Assembly (NCBI GenBank): GCA_963844435.1
Contig: CAWJOG010000001.1
Span: 80,201-144,200 of the forward strand
Reading direction: 5' to 3'
From: Vicinamibacterales bacterium
GTDB lineage: Bacteria; Acidobacteriota; Vicinamibacteria; Vicinamibacterales; Vicinamibacteraceae
Length of the DNA stretch: 64,000 nt
Shown here: one piece after another, positions 55,809-64,000 of the stretch
Position numbering within the stretch: the stretch's first letter is position 1
How the letters are laid out: each line of letters starts with the position of its first letter
Program-made: the position numbers and the translations under genes
The notes under the pieces: generated by a model
Seen by the model: the letters and a program-made list of their open reading frames with translations, nothing else
Database searches by the model: none
Told to the model about the DNA's origin: nothing

Positions 55809-56300
55809 TCAGGAGGCGCGCTGCAGCGCCGCAGGGTCGCCCGCCAGCGCGCGGCTGACGCGGGCGCGCATCGTCATCGCGATGGCGGCGAAGACCTCGC
55901 GCCGCGCCGCCTCGGCCTCGGCCGTCCCGCCCGGGTGCGCGCCCAGCTGTCGATAGAACGCGTCGAGCGCGATTGTTCGCGGCAGGGCGCCGGCGTCGCG
56001 CCCCTGATAGACCAGCGTGCCTGGGTGGACGTCCGTGATCGCGACCTCGGGCGCGGCATGCGCCAGGAAGTCCAGCAGTTCCTCGCGGACGGCGGCGCGC
56101 CACGCGTGCCGCGCCCACACCGCCAGGATCACGCCCACGGTCGCCATGAGCCCCGACCAGCCCGACCAGGTCAATGCCAGAACCATGCGGTCCCTCCTGC
56201 CGTGCGCGTGCCGACGCCGCGGCGCGCCCAGCGCCGCGAATAGCAGGCGGCACGCCAGGAGCGCGGCCCGCGACCGCGCGTGAGAGCGCGGTCGCAACAA
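55809..56300 (-). CDS. hypothetical protein (possible membrane protein) upstream of the permease
   Basis: ORF only. There is a hydrophobic segment (MVLALTWSGWSGLMATVGVILAVWA). The N-terminal region is Arg-rich and may be out of frame. Confidence 0.3.
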   Translation of the reverse strand: MLRPRSHARSRAALLACRLLFAALGAPRRRHAHGRRDRMVLALTWSGWSGLMATVGVILAVWARHAWRAAVREELLDFLAHAAPEVAITDVHPGTLVYQGRDAGALPRTIALDAFYRQLGAHPGGTAEAEAARREVFAAIAMTMRARVSRALAGDPAALQRAS

Positions 56301-56425
56301 AACTGTGACCAGAGATATCGGCTCGATGGCCGGCCGGCTTCAGCCCCGCGGACGCGTCCGGCGCGCCTTCCCGAAGCTGCGCGCGGCTACGCAGGAACTC
56401 GAGCACGGGCGGCGATGCTTCGGCG

Positions 56426-57829
56426 CTACTTCACGAGTTCGATCGGCCGTCCCGGGCGCACCGGCGAGATGTAGGCGCTGACGAGGCTCTCGTGGCCGCC
56501 CGGCCCGATTGCCGCGACCCCGAACACCCAGTCGTCGATCGAGACGCCCGGCAGCACCACCTCGGTGACGTTGCCGACCGTCCGCGCATGTTGCCAGTCG
56601 AAGCGCCACGTGTCGCGCCAGTAGACCCGATAGCCGACCGCACCGGGCGACGGCATCCAGCGCAGCGCGGCGTCGTAGCCCGAGGGATCGCGGCCGATGC
56701 GCGCCGTGCCGCGCTCGCTGACCACGACCGGCGCCGGCGGCGCCAGCGCCAGCGACGCCACCGCGGCGGCGTTGACCCGCGCGTTCTGCGCCAGGTAGGC
56801 GAAATCGACGCCGTCGAGCGTGTCGCGGGCCGAGTGCTGCCGGTCGAAGTTCTCGTTGGCCTCGCGGAAGACGACGGCCGGATAGCCCTGCTGGGTGAAC
56901 GACGACTGGTCGCTGCCGCGCCCGAAGCGATCCTCGCGGGCCATCGGCCGGACGCGGTGCGACGGGACGTAGGCCGCGCCGGCGGCGACGATGTAGCGCG
57001 CCAGCGCGCGCGACGGCGAGTCCTCGGGCCCGACCGCGTAGACGCGCACGCTCGCGGCGTCGACGACGCCGGTGCCGCTGCGCGAGTTGCCGACGATGTC
57101 GTTCGAGATCATCGCTTCGACGGGCACCTTCTCGGCAGCGATGCGCTGCGCGTGCGCCGCGGACCCGATCAGGCCCTGCTCCTCGCCGGCCCAGCAGATG
57201 AACACGAGCGTGGCGTCGAACTCGAGGCCGCTCTCGGCGAAGATACGCGCCAGCTCCATCGTCAGCACGGTGCCGCTGCCGTCGTCGTTGGCGCCGGGGG
57301 CGTCGATGTCGTAGTCGATGCCGGGGCGCTGCAGCGGATCGGCCGCTCCCTGGCCCGCCGTGAGCGACCGTGTCCCGGCCGCCAGCTGCCCGCCCGCACC
57401 GAGGTTCAGCGAGTCGTAGTGCCCGCTGACGTAGATCCGGCGCGGCGAGCGCCCGGGCAGCACTGCCATCACGTTGCGCAGCTCGACCGGCCGGGTGATG
57501 CGGCCCTGCTGCGCGATCTGGTAGGTGTCGAAGGACACCTGCAGCTTCGCGCTCGACCGCTTCAGCTCGTCGAAGATCCACTGCCGCGCCGCGCCGATCC
57601 CGCGCGTCGTGGAGGTGGCGTTCGACAGCGTGTTGCGCGTGCCGAAGCCGACGAGCGTCGTGTCGAGCGCCTTCAAGCGATCGACCGAAATGGCGGCGAC
57701 CAGCGCCTGGATCCGGGCGTCGGCCGTCGCCGTCGGCGCCGCAGTCTGAGTCTGGGCTCGCGCGGCAGGAACGGCACCAACCGCGCCGCCAACGACGATC
57801 GCAAGAGCCGCGAGTCTCGTCCCGATCAC
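56426..57829 (-). CDS. secreted M28 family peptidase with C-terminal beta-sandwich domain
   Basis: GTG start overlaps the GH43 stop (GTGA). Signal peptide IGTRLAALAIVVGGAVGAVPAARAQ. M28 blocks (HYDSLNLG...DDGSGTV...EEQGLIGS). Confidence 0.75.
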   Translation of the reverse strand: MIGTRLAALAIVVGGAVGAVPAARAQTQTAAPTATADARIQALVAAISVDRLKALDTTLVGFGTRNTLSNATSTTRGIGAARQWIFDELKRSSAKLQVSFDTYQIAQQGRITRPVELRNVMAVLPGRSPRRIYVSGHYDSLNLGAGGQLAAGTRSLTAGQGAADPLQRPGIDYDIDAPGANDDGSGTVLTMELARIFAESGLEFDATLVFICWAGEEQGLIGSAAHAQRIAAEKVPVEAMISNDIVGNSRSGTGVVDAASVRVYAVGPEDSPSRALARYIVAAGAAYVPSHRVRPMAREDRFGRGSDQSSFTQQGYPAVVFREANENFDRQHSARDTLDGVDFAYLAQNARVNAAAVASLALAPPAPVVVSERGTARIGRDPSGYDAALRWMPSPGAVGYRVYWRDTWRFDWQHARTVGNVTEVVLPGVSIDDWVFGVAAIGPGGHESLVSAYISPVRPGRPIELVK

Positions 57830-58878
57830 CGCGGACCGCCGATCTCGCGGACGATCTTCAGCCGATCGCCGCTGTCGTCCATCTCGAAGAACCGGGCGCG
57901 CTCCACACGCCGGTTCGGCTGGTGGATCGCCATGACCAGGCGTCCCTCGAACGTGGTGAAGAGCATCGGATGTCCCCCGTCGTCCTTCCATAGCGGCTCG
58001 GCGTCCTGAACCCACGGCCCCGCGAGCTTCCCGCTCGTCGATTCGGCTTGTCCAACCGCGTACTTCGCCGGTCCGTAACTGGACCACAACATGATCAGCT
58101 TGCCCGTCCGGGTGCGATGGAACCAGGCCCCGTCGGTGATCGAGGCGTGATACCGCTTGCCTTGGAACAGCTCACCGAGATCGCCGCGGCAGCGGGTCCA
58201 CGGCGCCTCGGTCGCGTGGAACAGGGTCTTTGGTGGACCGGCGGCTTTCGAGAGATCGGCCGTCAGCGGCACGATGTCCATGCTGCCGTCGGTGATCTGG
58301 ATCCACTCGTGGCAGAAGACCATGTAGGGCACGCCGTCCTCGACGTAGAGCGTGCCGTCGAGCGCCATCCAGTCGTGCGGCGTCTGCGGTCCGTGCCCGA
58401 ACGGCGTGAACGGGCCCTCCGGACGATCCGCCACCAGAATCTCGGTGCCCCGCTTCCAGTTCGGTGGCCGCCCCGGCGGCGTCGGCAGCGGATCGGACGA
58501 CGTGAGCGTCACGAACAGGTAGTACTTGCCTTTGTAGCGGTGTACCTCAGGGGCCCAGACGGTCTCCCGTCCCCAGTGCCCCGGCGGCACGGCCCACGCC
58601 GTGATCGGCTCGCCCCAGTCCTCGAGGTCGCGGGTCTTGTAGACCACGACCTCCTTCCGCGCGTCGGACGGGCTCAGGCCGCGATTGGTGCTCCCGTAGA
58701 TGTAGTAGACCTTCGCCGCCGGATCCGGCAGGACGAACGGATCGCGGATGCGGATCTGCGACCGATGGCCGGACTCACGCGATTCGCCCTGGCCGAAGGG
58801 CGATGCAGCGGAGGGGGCTGGAGGCGTGGCCTGCGCGGCGGTCACGAGGGTGACGAGCCAGAGGACGAGCGGCAGCAT
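57826..58878 (-). CDS. glycoside hydrolase family 43 (beta-xylosidase/alpha-L-arabinofuranosidase-like 5-bladed propeller), secreted
   Basis: Signal peptide MLPLVLWLVTLVTAAQA. GH43 catalytic Asp (IRDPFVLPD), WAPE, and further propeller motifs. Intact 350 aa. Confidence 0.85.
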   Translation of the reverse strand: MLPLVLWLVTLVTAAQATPPAPSAASPFGQGESRESGHRSQIRIRDPFVLPDPAAKVYYIYGSTNRGLSPSDARKEVVVYKTRDLEDWGEPITAWAVPPGHWGRETVWAPEVHRYKGKYYLFVTLTSSDPLPTPPGRPPNWKRGTEILVADRPEGPFTPFGHGPQTPHDWMALDGTLYVEDGVPYMVFCHEWIQITDGSMDIVPLTADLSKAAGPPKTLFHATEAPWTRCRGDLGELFQGKRYHASITDGAWFHRTRTGKLIMLWSSYGPAKYAVGQAESTSGKLAGPWVQDAEPLWKDDGGHPMLFTTFEGRLVMAIHQPNRRVERARFFEMDDSGDRLKIVREIGGPR

Positions 58879-59364
58879 GGCCGCTATCGTAGGCTCAGAA
58901 CTCGACCTGGACGACGGTGGGCCGGTCGCGCTTCACGTGGTCCGCGGCCACGACGCGTGTCCGGCCGCGCCAGGTCACCGTGACCTCGACGTGGTCTATC
59001 TCGCGAACGTCTGCCGAGCGCATCGGCGAAGGCGTGCGACCGGCGGAGGTCGTGGCGAGCGAGGCCTCGCTCGCCCGGCTCGGCCTGACCTCCACCGTGT
59101 GGGAGGACCTGCTCCTCACCCTGCCCGCCGCCTTCGAGGCGACGCTCGCGCAGCACACTAAGGACTAGTCGACGCACGCCACGCGCGACGCCACCGCGGA
59201 AGCGTTTCCGCACACGCCCGCGGACGCGGCAAGCACTTGGATCAGCTTTGTTTTAGGCTTGCATAAGCGAGCCCGCGTCCACATACTTGCATCGCGCTGC
59301 ACGAGGCAGCGCTTCCACGCAGAAGCCACATGATCCATTTGTTCGTCCTGCGCCTGGGAGCTCG

Positions 59365-60096
59365 ATGACAGATCGCCTTTCGGACGAAGATCTCCCCATC
59401 ATCGAGGATCTCGGCGCCTGGCTCCGCCGCGAGCGCGAGCGCGCCGGCATCACCCTCGAAACCATCGCGACCCGCACCAAGGTCGCCCGCACCCTGCTGG
59501 AGGCCCTCGAGCGCAACGACGTGTCGCGCTGGCCGAACGGCATCTTCCGGCGCGCCTTCGTCCGAGGCTACGCCAGCCAGATCGGGCTCGACCCCGACTA
59601 CGCCGTCGCACTGTTCATCCGAGCCTTCGACGGCCCACACGCCTCGCCGGCACTGGATCGGGCCACCGCGCGTGCCGCCGCCGTCTACGCCGGCGCCGTC
59701 TCGTCCGGCCGGGCCGAGCCGGCGCTCCGGCTGACCTTGGCGCCCGAAGTGAGCCGGGGTCAGGAAGCGCTGGCCCGTCTTGGAGCGGCAACCACCGACC
59801 TGATGGCGCCGATCACGTTGGCGCTGCCGAGCGGTCTTTTCGGCGGGCTGTCGCTGTTCTGGATCGTGCTCGCGGTCGTGGCGGTGCTCTATCTCACGGT
59901 GGGCACGCTCGTCCTGGGGACGACACCTGGGCTGTGGATGATGCAGCGCGTCGGGTCCCAGCCGCTCGGCGCCCGTCGCATGCCCCTGGGCAAGGCGACC
60001 GGCGCGCTCGGCTTCGGCGACGGCGACGAAGAGGACGCCATCAAAGGCGGCGAGGCCACTCCCCGGCAGGCCTGGAACTCAGGTTTCGGCGGCTGA
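59365..60096 (+). CDS. membrane protein with N-terminal XRE-type HTH (RodZ-like) and C-terminal RDD-like TM region
   Basis: LRRERERAGITLETIATRTKVARTLLEALERNDVSRWPNGIFRRAFVRGYA (HTH_25 / RodZ N-terminus). Hydrophobic LSLFWIVLAVVAVLYLTVGTLVLG. Confidence 0.55.
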   Translation: MTDRLSDEDLPIIEDLGAWLRRERERAGITLETIATRTKVARTLLEALERNDVSRWPNGIFRRAFVRGYASQIGLDPDYAVALFIRAFDGPHASPALDRATARAAAVYAGAVSSGRAEPALRLTLAPEVSRGQEALARLGAATTDLMAPITLALPSGLFGGLSLFWIVLAVVAVLYLTVGTLVLGTTPGLWMMQRVGSQPLGARRMPLGKATGALGFGDGDEEDAIKGGEATPRQAWNSGFGG

Positions 60097-61186
60097 GCGC
60101 CCCGAATCCCCTGAACCGCCATCCGTGCGGCCGGCCTTCATGAGGCCGGCCTTCACGACGTCCCCGAACGGCGTCGGCGTGCAGTCGCCCGCCGCGGTGG
60201 TCGGCCAGCAGCGGCGGCCAGTCGCACCAGCTCCACGCCGTCCAGCCCACGGTCGCCGCCTCGAGATAGGCGAGCAGCCGGCGGCCCCAGTCGACGTCGG
60301 ACGCTCCCCCGCCCCACTCTCCCGCGAAGACCGGATACGCCGCCGCCAGGTGGCCGAAGGCCCGGTGCCACTCCTGCTCGGGCCGGCGGCCCGGCCACAG
60401 CCCGATCGTCGTCCACGGGTAGACGTGCGTGCTGTAGACGAGGCCCTCGACGGGGTGCCCCGAGCGCCGGCGCAACGGGAAGCCGCGCAGGTCATAGGCC
60501 CAGCGCACGCCGGAGACGAAGATCACCGAAGTGGGATGCGCGGCGCGGATCTCGGCGACCAGGCGCAGTGCCCACGGCTGCCACTCGTCCATGCCCACGA
60601 CCCGGGCGGGCAGGCGCCACAGCCCGCCGTCCGGGCGGATGCCGACCAGCGGCGCGTCGTCCGTCTGCATCGGCGTGTGCGGCTCGTTGAACAGATCGAA
60701 GAGCACCGACGGCCGGTCGCGGTAGCGCGACGCCAGGATCCGCCACAGCTCGATCGAGTCGCCGTCGGGAAGCGAGGGCACCCGGTTGATCGACCCGTCC
60801 TGGCCGATGCCCCGCGGCGTATCGGCGTCGATCCACTGGAGGTCGAGCAGGGTGTAGACGCCGCACTCCTCGGCCCAGGTCACCACCTGGTCGAGCGCGG
60901 CGAGGTAGTCGGCGCCGGTGGCAGCGCCACGTCCGCGCAGGACGAAGTCCTGGGTGAAGGGCACGCGCACGACGTTGGCGCCCCAGGCGGCGATGCGGCG
61001 CAGATCGGCCTCGTCGAAGGCGACGCTGTCGAGGAAGGCCCCGGCGCCGACACCAGATCGGCCGGTGCCGGCCGGCCCGGGGTCGGCGTACTCGAGCCCG
61101 GAGCGGTTCACCCCGCGCAGGCGGATCGGCGCGCCGGTGTCGATCCGGACGAGCGAGCGGCCGCGGACGGCGAGCGCCGGCAGCAT
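60041..61186 (-). CDS. glycoside hydrolase family 5 (cellulase-family TIM barrel); possible C-terminal frameshift
   Basis: Acid/base motif LFDLFNEP and nucleophile FAGEWG at the expected spacing. N-terminal sec signal. Confidence 0.7.
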   Translation of the reverse strand: MLPALAVRGRSLVRIDTGAPIRLRGVNRSGLEYADPGPAGTGRSGVGAGAFLDSVAFDEADLRRIAAWGANVVRVPFTQDFVLRGRGAATGADYLAALDQVVTWAEECGVYTLLDLQWIDADTPRGIGQDGSINRVPSLPDGDSIELWRILASRYRDRPSVLFDLFNEPHTPMQTDDAPLVGIRPDGGLWRLPARVVGMDEWQPWALRLVAEIRAAHPTSVIFVSGVRWAYDLRGFPLRRRSGHPVEGLVYSTHVYPWTTIGLWPGRRPEQEWHRAFGHLAAAYPVFAGEWGGGASDVDWGRRLLAYLEAATVGWTAWSWCDWPPLLADHRGGRLHADAVRGRREGRPHEGRPHGWRFRGFGALSRRNLSSRPAGEWPRRL

Positions 61187-61195
61187 GCGGCGTCA

Positions 61196-61946
61196 GGAGG
61201 GATCGAACGAGACGAAGAACTCGCCGATCGACGACAGGCCAGTCGCGACCAGGTCCCAGGCGAGGAGGTCTCCGGCGCCATAGGACTGGTTATGGCGGGC
61301 GAGGTCGGCGAAGACGCGCTCGCCGCGCAGCCGCTCAGTTGCCAGGAGCAGCGGCAGCGCGGGGTCGACCCCCGGCGCGCCCTTGCCGGGCAACGGCTTC
61401 GGCCGCAGCGCCTCGTTCTCCTGGAGCGCCGCGATCGTCCGCTGGAGCTGGTCGGGATCGATCATCGCAATCGGCGCGCGGCAGAACGTGCAGGCCGAGT
61501 GCTCGCGCACGTCGACGGCGGCGCCGCAACCGGTGCACTTGACGCTCTGGACGTGCCGGCGCAGTTCGGCGATCTCGGCCGGGGTGAGATCGCGGACGAA
61601 GTTCTTGGCGCGAAGGAACGCGCCAAAGGTCATGTAGCGGCCGTGGCCGGCCGGGCACCGGAAGGCCTCGAAGGTGGTGGAGCGCTGCTTGTCGAGCTCC
61701 CGGGTCAGGAGGGCCTGGCAGCGCGGACAGGCTTTGCGCGCGCCGAGCGGCCGGTTGGCCTCGGCCACCGCCTCGCCCATCTGCTTGAACAGCGCGAGAG
61801 TCGAGCCGGGCGTGAGCTGGTGGCTCTCCATGCCGTCGAACCAGATGCCGTTGCACCCGGCACAGAGATCCAGCGCCACCCGACGGCCGTGATGGCCGTC
61901 GAAGGTGGCCTCGCGCATGCCGCCGCCACAGGCCGGGCAGGTCATG
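61196..61946 (-). CDS. tandem zinc-ribbon (zf-TFIIB-like, pfam13453-type) domain protein
   Basis: MTCPACGGGMREATFDGHHGRRVALDLCAGCNGIWFDGMES and CPRCQALL...FEAFRCPAGHGRYMTF plus CTGCGAAVDV...CTFCRAPI match the CPxCG...C..CgGvWfD pattern. Confidence 0.6.
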
Positions 61947-61989
61947 CCGCCGAGTATAAGCCGCTCGCCGCCCACGTCTCGTGGCAGGC

Positions 61990-62260
61990 GAGACGCCCTG
62001 ATGCGGTGCGGGCCTTCTTCGGCGCTCGCGCCGTCGTCCGTGAACGCCGCCGCATCGCGCGCGTCGTCGCCCGCGCGGAGTCGAGCCTTGTTGTCCAGCG
62101 TGCAGGCTGGGATCGTCATCGCGCAAGACATGCGGCGTGAGGCGGTGCGGGCCTTCGTTCGGCGCTCGCGCGTGTCCGTGAACGCCCGCATCGCGCCGCG
62201 TTCGCGCCCACGCGAACGGCCCAACGAGCGCCGAACAAGGCCGCCCCACCTCCGCCCGGC
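61990..62260. repeat. imperfect tandem direct repeat (period about 137 bp, 2 copies) in the 5' region of the zinc-ribbon gene
   Basis: atgcggtgcgggccttcttcggcgctcgcgccgtcgtccgtgaacgccgccgcatcgcgcgcg (62000-62066) versus atgcggcgtgaggcggtgcgggccttcgttcggcgctcgcgcgtgtccgtgaacgcccgcatcgcgccgcg (62130-62200). Confidence 0.5.
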
Positions 62261-62316
62261 GTCCACACCCAGTCGCGGCGCCGCCCCAGATCGCTGGGCG
62301 CCTCCGCCCAGACCAG

Positions 62317-64000
62317 CTACGCCTCGATCGTCCGCGTGGCCGGAGCGGCGTCGGCCGGCGCTTCGCGCGGCTCGGCGGCGTGCGCGTGCACCAGCGGCTT
62401 GCCGGTGATCTTCGACGTCAGCCAGTCGCGCCACTCGGTGAGGATCTCGTAGAAGGTCGGGATCACCAGCAGCGTCAGGATCGTCGACGTGATCACGCCG
62501 CCGATCACCGCCTGGCCGAGCGGAGCGCGGAAGTCGGCGCCTTCGCCAGCGCCGATGGCGATCGGAATCATGCCGGCGATCAGCGCGAACGTGGTCATCA
62601 GGATGGGCCGCAGCCGCGTCCGGCCGGCCTCGATGATCGCCTGCCGCCGCGACAGCCCGCCCTCCTCCGCCCACTTCGCGAAGTCCACCAGCAGGATGGC
62701 GTTCTTGGCGACGATGCCCATCAGCAGGATCACGCCGATCATGCTCATGATGTTGATCGTCGAGCCCATCACCAGCAGGCCCAGCATCACGCCGATCAGC
62801 GACAGCGGCAGCGACAGCATGATGGCGAACGGCTCCAGGAACGAGCCGAACTGCACCACCAGCACGAAGTACATCAGCAGCACGGCCAGCCCCAGCGACG
62901 AGAAGATCTGGCCGAAGATCTCGGCCTGGTCCTTCCCTTCGCCACCCGTCGTGATGACGTAGCCGTCGGGCAGCTTGATCCGGTTGGCGAAGCGCGCCCG
63001 GATCTCGCTGAGCACCTCGTTCAGCGATCGCACCTCGGTGTTGGCCTGGATGGCGATGAAACGCTGCCGATCGAGGCGGTCGATGCGGGCCGGGCCGAGG
63101 CCGGTCGACACCTTGGCTACCTGGCCGAGCGGCACCGCGACGCCGCGGCCCTCGGGACCGGGCACGAACAGCGGCAGCGCCGCGAGATCGCTGATTCTGG
63201 CGCGCGCCTCGGGCTTCAGGCGGACGTAGACGTCGCGCGTCTCGCCGGCCGGATCGACCCAGTCGCCCGCGTCGAGACCGGCGAACGCCACCCGCAGCGT
63301 CTGTCCGACCTGGCCGACGCTCACGCCGAGGCTCCCGGCCAGCCCGCGATCGACGGTGACGTCGATCTCCGGCTTCTGGCCGCGCGTCGACAGGCCGACG
63401 TCCACGGCGCCCGGCACCTGCTGCACTTCGGACTTCAGCAGCTGCGCCAGGCGGTTCAGCTCGTCCAGCTCGGGCCCGCGCAGCTGCAGCTGGATCTGCT
63501 TCTGGTTCTCGAAGTTGCCGCTGCCGATGCTGGCGGTCACGCCGCCGAGGCGGACCAGCTGGGCGCGCAGGCGCGCCTCGACGATCGGCTGCCGCTCGCG
63601 CTGGGTCTTCGGCTTGAGCCGCACGTAGACGATCGACTCGTCGACCGACTCGGTGCGGCCGCCGATCGTCGTGTACGTGTAGAGCACTTCGCCCATGTTG
63701 CGCGCCAGGCGCGCCACTTCCTCCGACTTCAGCTTCGTGTAGTCGAGGCTCGAGCCCGGCGGCGTCTCGATGTTGATCAGGAACTCCGATTCGTCCGAGT
63801 CCGGCAGGAAGCCGCCGCCGACCAGGCCGAGGGCCGGCAGCGCCAGGGCGCCGACGAACGAGGCGACGGCGAGCAGCACCATCGAGAAGCGATGGTCCAG
63901 GGCCCAGCCGATGATGCCCTTGTAGCGCTCCGTCTGGCGATCGAACCAGCGGTTGAACTTGTCGAGGCCGCGCGAGATGAACGAGCGCTGCTCCATCGGC
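62317..64000 (-). CDS. RND efflux transporter permease (AcrB/HAE1-like), C-terminal half; 5' end lies beyond the window
   Basis: Periplasmic docking/porter subdomains followed by TM7-12 (GLAVLLMYFVLVVQFGSF...IGVILLMGIVAKNAILLVDFA...RLRPILMTTFALIAGMIPIAI). No start codon within the window. Confidence 0.85.
   Translation of the reverse strand, partial: PMEQRSFISRGLDKFNRWFDRQTERYKGIIGWALDHRFSMVLLAVASFVGALALPALGLVGGGFLPDSDESEFLINIETPPGSSLDYTKLKSEEVARLARNMGEVLYTYTTIGGRTESVDESIVYVRLKPKTQRERQPIVEARLRAQLVRLGGVTASIGSGNFENQKQIQLQLRGPELDELNRLAQLLKSEVQQVPGAVDVGLSTRGQKPEIDVTVDRGLAGSLGVSVGQVGQTLRVAFAGLDAGDWVDPAGETRDVYVRLKPEARARISDLAALPLFVPGPEGRGVAVPLGQVAKVSTGLGPARIDRLDRQRFIAIQANTEVRSLNEVLSEIRARFANRIKLPDGYVITTGGEGKDQAEIFGQIFSSLGLAVLLMYFVLVVQFGSFLEPFAIMLSLPLSLIGVMLGLLVMGSTINIMSMIGVILLMGIVAKNAILLVDFAKWAEEGGLSRRQAIIEAGRTRLRPILMTTFALIAGMIPIAIGAGEGADFRAPLGQAVIGGVITSTILTLLVIPTFYEILTEWRDWLTSKITGKPLVHAHAAEPREAPADAAPATRTIEA

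Noticed and set aside
58895-59168. ~85-aa ORFs on both strands between GH43 and the HTH membrane protein
   Set aside because: The overlapping ORFs 58895-59158 (minus) and 58917-59168 (plus) have no motifs, and neither frame is clearly favoured. They are too short and ambiguous to call.

Overview
High-GC (~70%) bacterial chromosomal segment of about 55 protein-coding genes. No rRNA or CRISPR array was found, and no tRNA could be confirmed. Gene content points to an Acidobacteria-like organism (inference): a ~1170-aa TonB-dependent receptor with a carboxypeptidase-regulatory-like N-terminus, and two tandem paralogs of the 'VWFA-related Acidobacterial domain' family. Roughly half of the genes are split by apparent frameshifts (the 6-frame track shows one recognisable protein spread over 2-5 ORF fragments), while their neighbours are intact. 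This looks more like assembly indel errors than mass pseudogenisation. Gene coordinates in frameshifted loci are therefore approximate.

Most notable system: a seven-gene, minus-strand operon at 7548-13828, translationally coupled by ATGA/TGATG overlaps. It encodes:
- a UroD/MtaA-like methyltransferase;
- a B12-binding corrinoid protein;
- an 85-aa acidic protein;
- a RACo-type corrinoid reductive activase (2Fe-2S ferredoxin plus ASKHA ATPase);
- a MetH-activation-domain protein with a Cys-rich extension;
- a stand-alone homocysteine S-methyltransferase domain with no pterin-binding domain;
- a small unknown protein.
This reads as a modular, folate-independent corrinoid methyl transfer to homocysteine. 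It is not the canonical MetH architecture.

Other content:
- a REPtron (REP-associated tyrosine transposase flanked by clusters of the palindrome GACTCCGGAGTC) sitting between NAD-glutamate dehydrogenase and gltBD;
- an overlapping CarF/TMEM189-like desaturase and fatty-acid-hydroxylase gene pair;
- an SPFH-HTH protein with a zinc-ribbon neighbour;
- a low-GC promoter island with a perfect 14-bp palindrome between a divergent porin gene and the TonB-receptor gene;
- housekeeping and accessory genes: mscL, GntR regulator, LOG-family protein, PQQ quinohemoprotein, two M28 peptidases, GH43, GH5, ABC/FtsX permease, and a partial RND pump.
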